Notes under the pieces: model-generated
Told to the model about the DNA's origin: nothing
What the model saw: only the letters and a program-made list of their open reading frames with translations
Database searches by the model: none
Position numbers and translations under genes: made by a program
Assembly: GCA_963835415.1 (NCBI GenBank)
Contig: CAWIFZ010000003.1
Location: 221,323-285,322 of the forward strand
DNA from: an uncultured Actinomycetes bacterium
Lineage (GTDB): Bacteria; Actinomycetota; UBA4738; HRBIN12
Direction of reading: 5' to 3'
DNA: 64,000 bases
Shown here: positions 1 to 11,866 of the stretch, piece by piece
How positions within the stretch are numbered: the first letter of the stretch is position 1
Layout of the letters: each line of letters opens with the position of its first letter

Positions 1-596
1 TGGTCGCGTCGATCCATCGGTTGCCGTTCCCCGGACAGGTCCCGACCGACCCGTGGTACACCGAGCCCGTCGGAAGCGATCGCTGGGATGCGCTGGTTCA
101 CGGGCTGTTCGAGGCGTCGGCTCCGTTCGCGGAGCGGCTGGCGGCGATGCGCGACGAGCTCGTCGCCTTGGAGGCGCTCATCGAGGAGCCGGGCGACCTG
201 CAGACGTGCCATCGCGACCTGTGGGCCGACAACGTCCTGCGGACCGCCGACGGTCCACTCTGCGTGATCGACTGGGAGAACTGCGGTCTGGCCGATCCGA
301 GCCAGGAGCTCGCGCTCGTGCTGTTCGAGTTCGGCATGGCGGACGCGGACCGGACACGGACGATCCACGACGCGTACCGCGAGGCCGGAGGCCCGGGCAG
401 GATCGACCGGCCCGGCACGTTCTCGATGTTGATCGCGCAGCTCGGCCATATCGGGGAGGACGCGTGCCAGCGATGGCTGGACACGGCCGGATCGGCCGAC
501 GAGCGTGCACGACAAGCCGCCCGCGTGAACGAGTTCCTCTCACTGCCGCTGACGCGCACCGCGATCGCCGACATCCTGGACGCGGTGTCCTCGTAG
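1..596 (+). CDS. Phosphotransferase (APH / homoserine-kinase-II-like) family protein, 5' end outside window
   Basis: The reading frame of ORF 21..596 stays open to the window edge. It has the catalytic-loop motif HRDLWADNVL followed by VIDWENCG, typical of the aminoglycoside/choline kinase fold. Stop TAG is at 594-596. Confidence 0.6.
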   Translation, partial: VASIHRLPFPGQVPTDPWYTEPVGSDRWDALVHGLFEASAPFAERLAAMRDELVALEALIEEPGDLQTCHRDLWADNVLRTADGPLCVIDWENCGLADPSQELALVLFEFGMADADRTRTIHDAYREAGGPGRIDRPGTFSMLIAQLGHIGEDACQRWLDTAGSADERARQAARVNEFLSLPLTRTAIADILDAVSS

Positions 597-667
597 CGCG
601 AGGGAACGCCCGCCGCCTATCCTGACGTCGATGGCATCCCTTCCCCCGTACCGGAGCTGAAACGGGC

Positions 668-2095
668 GTGGCATCCAAAGCGAACCCGTGGGTCAACCTG
701 GAGCCGGCGGAACGCACCGCCAGAGGGAAGGCCGCCCGCCGGGCTGCCCCGAGGTCGAGCCACGGATCGTGGGAGGCAGCAGCGGATCGCCCAGATCCCG
801 TCGCGCTGCTCGAGGAACAGGCCGAGAGCCGCGTGCCCGAGCTGGTTCCGATCCGCTACGGCCGGATGCTCGAATCGCCGTTCGCGTTCTTCCGTGGCGG
901 GGCGTCGATCATGGCGGCCGACCTGGCCGCGACACCGCGGAGCGGATTCACCGTGCAGCTCTGCGGCGACGCTCACCTGTCGAACTTCGGCATGTTCGCA
1001 TCACCCGAGCGGCACCTGCTGTTCGACATCAACGACTTCGACGAGACGTTGCCGGGACCGTGGGAATGGGACGTGAAGCGTCTGGCCGCGAGCCTCGAGA
1101 TCTGCGGGCGGGATCTGGGGTTCACGCCGGCCGACCGCCGAGAGGTCGTGACGGCGGGCGTGCAGGGGTACCGCGAGACGATGCTGGGCGCGGCCCGCAT
1201 GGGCGCGCTGGAGGCCTGGTACGAGCACATCCGCGTGGCCGATCTGATGGCGTGGATGCAGACCCGGGTCGGGGACGAACGCGTCGGGAGGAAGGAGGTC
1301 GAACAGACGGCGCGCGAGGTCGCCAAGGCCCGGACCCGCGACAGCACGCGGGTACTCACCAGGTTGGCCGACGAGGTCGACGGCAGGCTGCGGTTCGTTG
1401 CGGACCCTCCGCTGATCGTGCCGCTCGACGACCTGCTCCCTCCGGGCACGGCGCACGATGAGGTCGAGGCGTGGATGGGATCGTTGATCGACACGTACCG
1501 TCGATCCATCTCGCGGCGGCATCACCCGCTGGAGGAGTACCGCTACATGGACACGGCCCGCAAGGTGGTCGGCGTCGGGAGCGTGGGCACGCGTGCGTGG
1601 ATCCACCTGTTCATCGGACGCGACGAAGGCGACCCGTTGGTGTTGCAGGCCAAGGAGGCACAGCCGTCCGTCCTGGAACGCTTCCTGGGCAGGAGCCGGT
1701 TCACGAACCACGGGCGCCGCGTCACGGAAGGGCAGCGACTGATGCAGGGGGCGAGCGACATCTTCCTGGGGTGGCTCCGGCTGGAAGGGGTCGACGGGGA
1801 GCAGCGCGACTACTACGTCCGCCAGCTCCATGACTGGAAGGGCGGCGTCGACATCGAGCACATGCGCGTTCCACGCGCCATCCGGTACGCGTTCCTGTGC
1901 GGCGCCACCCTCGCCCGGGCGCACGCGCGGTGGGGCGATCGGATCGCGATCGCCGCATACCTGGGCAAGGGGGACGCGTTCGAGCGCGCGATGGCGGGGT
2001 TCGCCGCTACGTACGCCGACCAGAACGAGCGTGACTACCAGGCGCTGGTGGAAGCCGAGCACGCCGGACGGGTCGTGGCGGAGACCGGGCTCTAA
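668..2095 (+). CDS. DUF2252 domain-containing protein
   Basis: 475 aa with a GTG start. The block LVPIRYGRMLESPFAFFRGGASIMAADLA...LCGDAHLSNFG...FDINDFDET matches my memory of the DUF2252 family signature. Confidence 0.7.
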   Translation: MASKANPWVNLEPAERTARGKAARRAAPRSSHGSWEAAADRPDPVALLEEQAESRVPELVPIRYGRMLESPFAFFRGGASIMAADLAATPRSGFTVQLCGDAHLSNFGMFASPERHLLFDINDFDETLPGPWEWDVKRLAASLEICGRDLGFTPADRREVVTAGVQGYRETMLGAARMGALEAWYEHIRVADLMAWMQTRVGDERVGRKEVEQTAREVAKARTRDSTRVLTRLADEVDGRLRFVADPPLIVPLDDLLPPGTAHDEVEAWMGSLIDTYRRSISRRHHPLEEYRYMDTARKVVGVGSVGTRAWIHLFIGRDEGDPLVLQAKEAQPSVLERFLGRSRFTNHGRRVTEGQRLMQGASDIFLGWLRLEGVDGEQRDYYVRQLHDWKGGVDIEHMRVPRAIRYAFLCGATLARAHARWGDRIAIAAYLGKGDAFERAMAGFAATYADQNERDYQALVEAEHAGRVVAETGL

Positions 2096-2102
2096 CCCGA
2101 CC

Positions 2103-2132
2103 TTGACATGTGACTGATTAGTCACCTATCCT
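2103..2132 (+). promoter_or_regulatory. Sigma-70-type promoter with embedded palindromic operator upstream of the ArsR gene
   Basis: TTGACA (2103-2108), an 18-nt spacer, then TATCCT (2127-2132). The spacer contains the perfect palindrome GTGACT-gatt-AGTCAC (2110-2125). The GTG start at 2141 lies 8 nt after the -10, so the transcript is near-leaderless. Confidence 0.5.
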
Positions 2133-2140
2133 CGCGAACC

Positions 2141-2464
2141 GTGACCGACGACGACCAGGTGTTCAAGGCGCTCGCCGACCCGACGCGTCGCTTCCTCCTC
2201 GACCGGCTCTTCATGCGTGACGGCCGCACGTTGACGGAGCTCGAGTCCGAGCTGGAGATGACGCGCTTCGGCGTGATGAAGCACCTGCGGGTCCTCGAAG
2301 ACGCGGGCCTCGTGGTCACCCGGCGATCGGGCCGGGAGAAGCTGCACTTCTTGAACCCCGTGCCGATCCGACTGATCCACGATCGCTGGATCGACAAGTA
2401 CACGGAACGTCAGGTGTCGGCGCTCGCCGACCTGAAGCACGAGCTGGAAGGAGAGATCGGATGA
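2141..2464 (+). CDS. ArsR/SmtB family transcriptional regulator
   Basis: 107 aa. The N-terminal FKALADPTRRFLLDRL and winged-HTH region (LTELESELEMTRFGVMKHLRVLEDAGLV) are typical of ArsR. The stop overlaps the next start (ATGA at 2461-2464). Confidence 0.85.
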   Translation: MTDDDQVFKALADPTRRFLLDRLFMRDGRTLTELESELEMTRFGVMKHLRVLEDAGLVVTRRSGREKLHFLNPVPIRLIHDRWIDKYTERQVSALADLKHELEGEIG

Positions 2465-2991
2465 CGACGAGCACGGCAACGAGCGTCACCACGCAGGTCT
2501 ACCGCGTCTACATCAGGGCCACGCCGCAGGCGGTCTGGGACGCGATCACCGACCCCGAGTGGACCGAGCGGTACGGCTACGGAGGACGGGTCGGGTTCGA
2601 CCGCGACTTCCGCCCGGGATCGCACTACGAGCACGAGACGAGCGAGGCGATGCGTGCGATGGGCTCACCGGACGTCGCCATCGACGGCGAGATCGTCGAG
2701 GCCGACCCGCCGCACAAGCTGGTCGTGACGTGGCGCATGGTCATGGACGAGCAGATGGCGGCCGAGGGCTTCACGCGACTCACGTACGAGATCGTCGAAG
2801 GCACCGGCGGGGTCACGAAGCTCACGTTGATCCACGAGCTCGAGGGCGCTCCCAAGCTCCAGCTCCTCCTGTCCGGTGGTATGGAAGACCAGGGCGCCGG
2901 CGGCGGTTGGAACTGGGTGCTCAGCGACATCAAGACGCTGCTGGAGACCGGCAAGGGTCTGGACTGGCAGAACCCGCTCAACCAGGGCTAG
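2461..2991 (+). CDS. SRPBCC (AHSA1/START-like) domain protein
   Basis: 176 aa, translationally coupled to the ArsR gene. This is the common ArsR + SRPBCC pair. Sequence features include VYRVYIRATPQAVWDAITDPEWTERY. Confidence 0.75.
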   Translation: MTTSTATSVTTQVYRVYIRATPQAVWDAITDPEWTERYGYGGRVGFDRDFRPGSHYEHETSEAMRAMGSPDVAIDGEIVEADPPHKLVVTWRMVMDEQMAAEGFTRLTYEIVEGTGGVTKLTLIHELEGAPKLQLLLSGGMEDQGAGGGWNWVLSDIKTLLETGKGLDWQNPLNQG

Positions 2992-3016
2992 ATCGGTGGC
3001 GGCGGGAGGCTCTCCG

Positions 3017-3313
3017 ATGAGCCAGGGCCTCCCGCCGCCGACCACATCCGTCACCAGGAGGACGATGCGCATGACGTTCCACGCGCACACCGAGGACACC
3101 GATGCCGCCTGGGCGGAACGCGTCCTCGGATGCCAGGAGATGCCGTCGGACGAGATCGACGCCCTCCTCGCCGCCGACGACCCCCAGATCGTGCGCCGGT
3201 ACTTGGAGCTCCATCGCGAACGGCTGGAGGAGCATCTCGCCGATCGGCTCCGCGAGATCGACGCCGTCGAGTCGCACCTCCTCACCCAACGCCTCGCGAC
3301 GAGCGGCGACTGA
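3017..3313 (+). CDS. Hypothetical protein (helical, charged C-terminus)
   Basis: ATG at 3017 within ORF 2876..3313, with high third-position GC. I recognise no family. The start is uncertain; MRMTF at 3065 is an alternative. Confidence 0.4.
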   Translation: MSQGLPPPTTSVTRRTMRMTFHAHTEDTDAAWAERVLGCQEMPSDEIDALLAADDPQIVRRYLELHRERLEEHLADRLREIDAVESHLLTQRLATSGD

Positions 3314-3409
3314 CCGAGGGACCTCGCACGCGATCCTCAGGTCGCTCTCAGTTCCGTCCTGTTCACTGTGGGCCGTTCGCGCGAACGACGCGCGATCCAG
3401 GAGGAACCG

Positions 3410-4102
3410 ATGAGCCGCCGCGGGAAGATCTGGTCGATCGTCGCGATCGGCGTGCTGGCGTTGGTGGTCGGCGGACCCTGGGTCTACATCCACCTGGTGC
3501 AGGGCGACGCTCCCCCACCCCTCGCGCTCGGTTCGACATCCGCATCCTCGGGCGCCACCGGGACGACCGGATCCGCACCGGCGGGCGACGACCCCTGGAC
3601 GGTCGCCGGCGATTCGGTCGTCGGGTACCGCGTCCGCGAGGTCCTGTTCGGACAGAGCGCCGATGCGGTGGGGCGGACCAGCGCCATCACCGGCACGATG
3701 ACGCTCGACGGCGCCACCGTGACCACGGCGAGCTTCACCGTCGACATGACCACGGTCACGAGCGACGAGTCCCGCCGAGACGAGCAGTTCAACGGCCGGA
3801 TCATGGAGACGAGCGTCTACCCCACCGCCACGTTCACGCTGACCGAACCGATCGATCTGGGAAGCCTGCCGGACGCGAACACCGACGTCACCGCGACGGC
3901 GACCGGCGACCTCACGCTCCACGGGGTCACGAAGGCTGTGACGTTCGACATCGAGGGCCGCTACACGGGCTCGAACGTCGAGATCGCGGGGTCGATCCCC
4001 ATCACGTTCGCCGACTGGGGCATCTCGAACCCGAGCTTCGGACCCGTCACCACCGAGGATCACGGCGTCCTGGAATTCTCGATCGTGCTCGTTCCCGCCT
4101 AG
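3410..4102 (+). CDS. YceI-like (polyisoprenoid-binding) family protein with N-terminal membrane anchor or signal
   Basis: ATG 3410 is preceded by caggagga. The N-terminus is hydrophobic (IWSIVAIGVLALVVGG). YceI-type blocks are present: GTMTLDG..., SRRDEQFNGRIMETSVYPTATFTL and GDLTLHGVTKAVTFDIEG. Confidence 0.85.
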   Translation: MSRRGKIWSIVAIGVLALVVGGPWVYIHLVQGDAPPPLALGSTSASSGATGTTGSAPAGDDPWTVAGDSVVGYRVREVLFGQSADAVGRTSAITGTMTLDGATVTTASFTVDMTTVTSDESRRDEQFNGRIMETSVYPTATFTLTEPIDLGSLPDANTDVTATATGDLTLHGVTKAVTFDIEGRYTGSNVEIAGSIPITFADWGISNPSFGPVTTEDHGVLEFSIVLVPA

Positions 4103-4174
4103 CCGGATCTCAGGCAGGCGGCCCGGTGAGCGGCCACGCTCAAGCTGGATCGGCGAAGCGTCGACCTGTATGGC

Positions 4175-4426
4175 ATGGCTGACGACGGAGCACACGTAGG
4201 CGACTGCTCGCGGTGCGGCAGGCCCGTTCATGAACGTCATTCTCACGTCATGGTCGTGCCGATCGGGCGTGGGAGGGTGTTCTATCACGCCGGCTGTGAA
4301 CCGCTCCGATCAGCCGAGGAGTTGGCTCGCGGGGAGCGCGAGGCTGATCGTGTGGACTGGCGGAAGGACGCGTGGAAGGCCAATCGCGCCGCTGCCAGGC
4401 GCACCCTCGCGGAGTCACACGACTAG
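4175..4426 (+). CDS. Hypothetical small protein, possible zinc-ribbon (CSRC ... HAGC)
   Basis: 83-aa ORF with a CxxC ... HxxC arrangement and only moderate third-position GC. No family recognised. Confidence 0.3.
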   Translation: MADDGAHVGDCSRCGRPVHERHSHVMVVPIGRGRVFYHAGCEPLRSAEELARGEREADRVDWRKDAWKANRAAARRTLAESHD

Positions 4427-5024
4427 GTCAGCGTCAACGCCGACGCGGCGATAGGCACCTCCGGCGCCGCGTGGCATCATCTGGCAGGTGACCGGTCGAC
4501 CCGCCGCAGCGGAGCACCTGCGCGACCTCGCGCCGCGATCCCGCAGGCAACCTGATCCGCATCCAGGAGCTGCGCTGAGCCGTCCGGGGAACGCCGCCCG
4601 GAGGTCGCGCGGCCGGACCATCCGACACGAGGAGGTGCTGCACGATGGCTGACAAGAACACCGCGAAGAAGACGCCCGGGTCTGCGAAGCGGACGACCGG
4701 GAACAAGGGCTTCACCGCCGACGAGCGAGCCGCGATGAAGGAGCGCGCCCGGGAGCTGAAGGCGGAAGCGGCCAAGGCGGACGGCGAGAGCGACCTGCTC
4801 GCGAAGATCGCCGAGATGCCGAAAGCGGATCGCGTCATGGCTGAGCGGATCCATGCGATCGTCGCTGCCATCGCGCCGGACCTCTCGCCCAAGACCTGGT
4901 ACGGCATGCCTGCCTACGCCAGGGACGGCAAGATCGTCTGCTTCTTCAAGAGCGCGGACAAGTTCAAGACTCGGTACGCGACGTTCGGCTTCGAAGAGAC
5001 GGCGACCCTCGACGACGGCGCGAT

Positions 5025-7466
<2,442 letters not shown>

Positions 7467-7499
7467 CCGAGGCTCAGCGAGGTTGGGAAGTGCGCTATC

Positions 7500-7558
7500 T
7501 GGTGATCGGAGGGGGAATTGAACCCCCACGTCCCGCAAAGGACACTGGGCCCTCAACC
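7500..7558 (-). repeat. Partial copy (3' half) of tRNA-Leu(GAG); att-like direct repeat
   Basis: Positions 7501-7558 align with 9424-9481 with 3-4 mismatches or indels and a 29-nt identical core (ttgaacccccacgtcccgcaaaggacact). The copy covers the acceptor 3' strand, T arm, variable arm and anticodon loop. No matching 5' half lies upstream, and this copy encodes CCA. Confidence 0.8.
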
Positions 7559-7602
7559 GAAACCGGCTCGTTGCAGCGCGTGACGTTCCGTGTCGTGTAG
7601 TG

Positions 7603-8316
7603 CTAGGCGTTCTCCTGCTTCACTTCGTCCACGTACTCCCGAGTGTGGTGCTCCCAGAGCCGGATCGACTCCCTCGTGAGCCGCGCCCCGCCGCCCCCTT
7701 CTTGGTACATCACTTCGACGTCGTCCGGGTAGTTGGTGGCCACCCAGGTGGCGAACGGGACCCACATCTGAGGGTGGAACTCGGTGAAGTTCCGATACTG
7801 GGAGGCTCGGACGACCTCCCCATCACTGACGGTGAGTGTGAAGAAGTTGCCGCTGTACGGTCCCAGGCCTATCTCATCGGACCCGAGGCTATGAATGTCG
7901 AATGGGCAACGAACTTCGGTGGCAGAGGCCGAACTCTCCGGTTCCTCACACGAGTCGAGCGTCAGTTTGGAGCCCGCGGCCTGCTCCTGGGAGATGAGCA
8001 GCCGAAACTCGTCCAGGGTCCCCTCCACATCCCGTATGCCTATCGCCATCATCAACGGCAAGATGTCGGCGTCGTCGGCCAGGTAGGAGATCGCCCGGTC
8101 CGCGTCGAAGGCACCGAACGCCTCGACGAAACCCGTCGCGACTTCCTGCGCTTTCGTATCCACCGGGCTCACCGCCGCCGACTCGCTGGCAGGCGTCGTC
8201 GCGTTCTGCCCTCCCGCGCCGCCCGTGTCACCGCCTCCACAAGCCACCAGGACGAGGGCGGTCATCCCTGCCACGACGAACGTGCTGAGCTTCTTGTTGC
8301 GATCCTGAGTCCGCAT
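7603..8316 (-). CDS. Hypothetical lipoprotein
   Basis: 237 aa. A signal peptide with lipobox ([10 protein letters not shown]) is followed by a Gly/Thr/Ser linker. GC is lower than in the surroundings. No family recognised. Confidence 0.6.
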   Translation of the reverse strand: MRTQDRNKKLSTFVVAGMTALVLVACGGGDTGGAGGQNATTPASESAAVSPVDTKAQEVATGFVEAFGAFDADRAISYLADDADILPLMMAIGIRDVEGTLDEFRLLISQEQAAGSKLTLDSCEEPESSASATEVRCPFDIHSLGSDEIGLGPYSGNFFTLTVSDGEVVRASQYRNFTEFHPQMWVPFATWVATNYPDDVEVMYQEGGGGARLTRESIRLWEHHTREYVDEVKQENA

Positions 8317-8449
8317 GACCTCATCCTAGTCCCTGACACATCGCCGAAGAGATGGGCCGCGACGCTCGCGAGGGTCGAAAGGCGGGCGGGCAAGAGGACT
8401 GGCGGTAAGTCTTGACCACTCTGAGGCCATGTCCCACGAATTGAACTGG

Positions 8450-8630
8450 CCGACGGTGTACGCATTCGGTGCTTTGTGCGCGTCGTGAGGTGGTGCGATC
8501 CTTATGACCCTCGACATCGTGAGCCGTCAGCTAGGCCACTCATCGATCACGACGACCAGCAACATCTATTCGTACGACGACCCCGAGGCCGCGGCTGATG
8601 CCGCGGTGCGGATGGCCGGCGTGCTGGGGA
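8450..8630 (+). pseudogene. Tyrosine recombinase (phage-type integrase) C-terminal remnant
   Basis: The translation ...YAFGALCAS*GGAILMTLDIVSRQLGHSSITTTSNIYSY... carries the conserved LGHSSI-x-T-x3-Y-x-H/Y box with the catalytic Tyr. There is an in-frame stop upstream, and the roughly 300 aa of N-terminal and core domains are absent. Confidence 0.6.
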
Positions 8631-8802
8631 GGGAAGCACGTTCAACCCGAACGATCTGGTGGCATCGTTCTGTGTCGATTCGACGTCGGCAGGCGATCGG
8701 GCCTGCGCGGGAGCCAGGTTGGCGGGGTATGCCACTGCCACACTACGATGCCGATGGATGATCTCGGATCGCCGAGGTCACCGAATAGAGAGGAGAGAGG
8801 CC

Positions 8803-9273
8803 ATGCGGAAGAAGCTCTTGGCTGTGGTCGGCGTCACCTGTGCGCTGGGTTTGGCGAGTGGAGCCCTCGTCGCGAACGCCGGTACCAACATCACGGCACC
8901 CGAGACGATCACCGTGCTCGGGACGACCACGAAGGATCGGTTCGTCGACGTGGGGAAGCCAGGCCCCACACCTGGGGACACGTTCATGTTCGTCGAGAAG
9001 CTGACCGATGAATCGGACGATTCGGTCGTGGGGAAGGCGCGGATCGAGTGCACGATGCACATCAACTCGTGGGCGATCTGCACGGGCACGTTCGACTTCA
9101 CCGGACGTGGCGAGATCGTCGGCCAGGGGATGGTGCCGTTCGACAACGATGCCCCCTCCTTCGACGTCCCGGTCACCGGCGGGACCGCCGAGTTCGCGAA
9201 CGTGCGTGGCGATGTCCACATCGAGCAGATCTCAGATGACGTGGAACGGGACACGTTCCACCTGATCCCCTGA
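8803..9273 (+). CDS. Small secreted protein, dirigent / allene-oxide-cyclase-barrel-like (tentative)
   Basis: ATG 8803 is preceded by aggagagagg. A Sec signal is present (MRKKLLAVVGVTCALGLASGALVANA). The pattern PGDTFMF...GKARIECT...CTGTF...VPVTGGTAEFANVRGDV resembles bacterial dirigent-like secreted proteins, from memory only. Confidence 0.55.
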   Translation: MRKKLLAVVGVTCALGLASGALVANAGTNITAPETITVLGTTTKDRFVDVGKPGPTPGDTFMFVEKLTDESDDSVVGKARIECTMHINSWAICTGTFDFTGRGEIVGQGMVPFDNDAPSFDVPVTGGTAEFANVRGDVHIEQISDDVERDTFHLIP

Positions 9274-9367
9274 GGTCGGGGTCGTTCGTCGGACCTCACG
9301 GTTGATCCCCTCGGTGCGGCGCTCGAACTCCGGATCGTCGGGGTCGTTGGATCGCCCTGGGGAATAA

Positions 9368-9404
9368 CGAAGCCCCGGAGCGCGGGCACGGCTCCGGGGC
9401 TTCG
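9368..9404. terminator. GC-rich hairpin (14-bp stem, 9-nt loop) between the islet gene and tRNA-Leu
   Basis: cgaagccccggagc (9368-9381) pairs perfectly with gctccggggcttcg (9391-9404). It is followed by gacgTTTcc on the + strand and lies just 3' of the minus-strand tRNA, so it could terminate either transcript. Confidence 0.55.
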
Positions 9405-9425
9405 ACGTTTCCGCAGGTAAGAGGG

Positions 9426-9512
9426 TGTCGGAGGGGGGATTTGAACCCCCACGTCCCGCAAAGGACACTAGGCCCTCAACCTAGCGCGTCTACCAAGTTC
9501 CGCCACTCCGAC
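9426..9512 (-). tRNA. tRNA-Leu (anticodon GAG)
   Basis: 87-nt cloverleaf with acceptor GTCGGAG/CTCCGAC. The anticodon stem CTAGG/CCTAG has loop TTGAGGG. There is a long variable arm (GTCC-TTTGCG-GGAC) and a T arm GGGGG-TTCAAAT-CCCCC. CCA is not encoded. Confidence 0.9.
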
Positions 9513-9556
9513 GTGGAACGAGTCAGGATTCTAGCAACGGCTCGAGGCTGCCCCGA

Positions 9557-9784
9557 TCAGGGGTTCCAGCGCCACGCGAGCCAGAACGTGCAGAGCCCGA
9601 ACAGCATCGCCGTCGCGACCGTGATGCGGTCGAGGGTGCGCTCCATGGCCGTGCCGCCGCTCAGGCCGCCGCCGCCGCCGAACATGTCGGACAGGCCACT
9701 CCCCCGTCCCGAGTGCAACAGGATGGTGATGATCAGGAAGAGCGCCGAGAGCACGTCCAGGACGATGACGATGGTGTTGACCAT
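9557..9784 (-). CDS. secG: Preprotein translocase subunit SecG
   Basis: 75 aa with two TM segments and the Gly-rich loop LHSGRGSGLSDMFGGGGG typical of SecG. Confidence 0.9.
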   Translation of the reverse strand: MVNTIVIVLDVLSALFLIITILLHSGRGSGLSDMFGGGGGLSGGTAMERTLDRITVATAMLFGLCTFWLAWRWNP

Positions 9785-9797
9785 GCAGAACTCCAGC

Positions 9798-10856
9798 TCA
9801 GCTCGGTGTCGGAGCCTCGATGATACGGTCTTCGAGCGGGAAATGGCACGCAGCGACCTGACCTTCGTGCATCGGCGTGAGTTCCGGCTCGTCCTCCCGA
9901 CACTTGGGGAACTGCGCCCGCGGACACCGCGGATGGAACCGACACCCTGACGGCGGGTCGATCGGCGACGGGACGTCGCCTTCCAGGATGATCCGCTGCT
10001 TCAGCCGCGCGATGTTCGGGTCCGCGACCGGCACCGCCGACAGCAACGCGCCGGTGTACGGATGCTTCGGGGTCCGGTAGAGCGTGGCGCCCTCGGCCAT
10101 CTCGACGATCTTGCCCAGGTACATCACGGCGACGCGGTCGGACACGTGCTTCACGACGGACAGGTCATGCGCGATGAAGAGGTACGTGAGCTTGAACTCC
10201 TCCTGCAGATCCTCCAGGAGGTTCAAGATCTGCGCCTGGATCGAGACGTCCAGCGCCGAGACGGGCTCGTCGCAGACGATCAACTTCGGCCGGAGCGCGA
10301 GCGCGCGAGCGACACCGATCCGCTGACGCTGTCCACCCGAGAACTCGTGCGGGTAGCGGTTGTAGTGCTCCGGGTTCAGGCCCACCAGCTCCATCAGCTG
10401 CTGGACCTCGCTCTTGACGCTCTTGCGCACCACGGTCCCGTGCAGCCGGAACGGCGTGCCGATGATCGATCCGATCGTCTTCCGCGGGTTCAGCGACGCG
10501 TACGGATCCTGGAAGATCATCTGCATGTCGCGCCGGAGCCCGCGGAGCTCGGTGCCCTTGAGCGCCGTGATGTCCTGGCCCTCGAACCAGATCTTGCCCT
10601 CGGTGGGATCGAACAGCCGCATCACGACGCGCGCGAGCGTGGACTTGCCGCATCCGGTCTCTCCGACCAGGCCGAGCGTCTCGCCGGGATACACCTCGAG
10701 GTCCACACCGTCGACCGCGTGCACGTCGCCGACCCTGTGCTGGATCAGGATGCCGCGGGTGATCGGGAAGTACTTCTTGATGCCCTCGATCTTGATGAGC
10801 GGCTCGCGGGAGGGCGCCGCGGGCGGTTCGATCCGAGGGGTCGCTGAGACGCTCAT
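9798..10856 (-). CDS. Peptide (Opp/Dpp-type) ABC transporter ATP-binding protein, F-type
   Basis: Walker [10 protein letters not shown], signature FSGGQRQR, Walker B LIVCDEP and a C-terminal oligopeptide-transporter Cys motif (CRFHPRCP). The start is trimmed to ATG 10856, which overlaps the upstream stop (TGATG). Confidence 0.9.
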   Translation of the reverse strand: MSVSATPRIEPPAAPSREPLIKIEGIKKYFPITRGILIQHRVGDVHAVDGVDLEVYPGETLGLVGETGCGKSTLARVVMRLFDPTEGKIWFEGQDITALKGTELRGLRRDMQMIFQDPYASLNPRKTIGSIIGTPFRLHGTVVRKSVKSEVQQLMELVGLNPEHYNRYPHEFSGGQRQRIGVARALALRPKLIVCDEPVSALDVSIQAQILNLLEDLQEEFKLTYLFIAHDLSVVKHVSDRVAVMYLGKIVEMAEGATLYRTPKHPYTGALLSAVPVADPNIARLKQRIILEGDVPSPIDPPSGCRFHPRCPRAQFPKCREDEPELTPMHEGQVAACHFPLEDRIIEAPTPS

Positions 10857-11866
10857 CAGTGCGTCAGGACCTCTGCCGCGCGGATACGTTCCTTCTCGGA
10901 CAGGCTCAGGTGGCAGGCGGCCGCGTGGTGCCCGTCCACGGGCAGCAGCGCCGGCACGTCGGTCCGGCAGACCTCCATGACGTAGGGGCACCGTGGGTGG
11001 AACGCACAGCCCGACGGCACGTTGATGAGCGAGGGCGGCAGGCCTTGGATCGGGTGCAGCGGCTCCTTCTCCTCGGCATCCAGCCGCGGGATCGAGCGCA
11101 GCAGCCCCCACGTGTACGGGTGCAGCGGCCGGTAGTAGATGTCGTCGGTGTTGCCGAACTCGATGGCCTTGCCGGCGTACATCACCTGGATGTTGTCGCA
11201 GTGTTCGGCGACCACGCCCAGGTCGTGCGTGATGATGATGACGGCGGCGTTGAACTCGTCCTTGAGCCGGTCGATCAGGTCGAGGATCTGCGCTTGCACG
11301 GTCACGTCGAGCGCCGTGGTGGGCTCGTCGGCGATCAGCAGGTCGGGGTTCAGCGCGAGCGCCATCGCGATCATCGCCCGCTGCCGCATACCGCCGGAGA
11401 ACTCGTGCGGGAACTGCTTCGCGCGCTCCTCCGGCCGCGGGATGTTCACCTTGCCGAGCATCTCGACCGCCTGGCCGAACGCCTCCTTCTTGCTGACGTT
11501 CTGGTGCTGGCGGATCGCTTCGGAGATCTGCTCGCCCACGCGGTAGAACGGGTGGAGCGACGTCATCGGATCCTGGAAGATCATCGAGATCTTGGCCCCG
11601 CGGATCGTTCGCATCTCGTCCTGCGGCAGCTTCAACAGGTCGACGCCTTGGAAGATCACTTCGCCCGAGATCTCGGCGTACTTCGAGTCGGTGAGGCCCA
11701 TGACCGTCAGGGAGCTGACGCTCTTGCCCGACCCCGACTCGCCCACGATCCCGAGCGTCTCCCCCGGCTGGATCGAGTACGAGACGCCGTCGACCGCCTT
11801 GACGATGCCGTCGTCGGTCTTGAAGTGGACCTTGAGGTCCTTGACGTCGAGGAGCGGCTCGGCCAC
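10856..11866 (-). CDS. Peptide (Opp/Dpp-type) ABC transporter ATP-binding protein, D-type
   Basis: Walker A GESGSGKS, signature FSGGMRQR, Walker [13 protein letters not shown] and C-terminal CAFHPRCP. Confidence 0.9.
   Translation of the reverse strand: MAEPLLDVKDLKVHFKTDDGIVKAVDGVSYSIQPGETLGIVGESGSGKSVSSLTVMGLTDSKYAEISGEVIFQGVDLLKLPQDEMRTIRGAKISMIFQDPMTSLHPFYRVGEQISEAIRQHQNVSKKEAFGQAVEMLGKVNIPRPEERAKQFPHEFSGGMRQRAMIAMALALNPDLLIADEPTTALDVTVQAQILDLIDRLKDEFNAAVIIITHDLGVVAEHCDNIQVMYAGKAIEFGNTDDIYYRPLHPYTWGLLRSIPRLDAEEKEPLHPIQGLPPSLINVPSGCAFHPRCPYVMEVCRTDVPALLPVDGHHAAACHLSLSEKERIRAAEVLTH

Larger units (their letters stand above)
7500..9481. mobile_element. Degraded integrated element (islet) at the 3' end of tRNA-Leu(GAG)
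   Basis: It is bounded by the tRNA-derived direct repeat and contains a tyrosine-recombinase C-terminal remnant. My hand counts of three 60-nt samples gave about 55-60% GC, against about 68% in one flanking sample. Confidence 0.6.

Noticed and set aside
2978-4288. Long ORFs antisense to, or overlapping, recognisable genes (also 21526..23280, 25007..27829, 28183..29316, 30284..32656, 33571..35529, 35769..37055, 47039..48538, 59684..61402 and 61003..62037)
   Set aside because: These are typical high-GC shadow ORFs. Their products are Arg/Pro/Gly/Ala-rich with no motifs, and each lies opposite a gene with clear family signatures.
7500-7590. A possible second functional tRNA-Leu gene immediately after the UvrA paralogue
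   Set aside because: Only the 3' half is present. Its acceptor 3' strand (TCCGATC) would need GATCGGA about 80 nt upstream, and that sequence is absent. The anticodon stem also no longer pairs (TTCGG versus CCCAG). I treat it as an att-type remnant.
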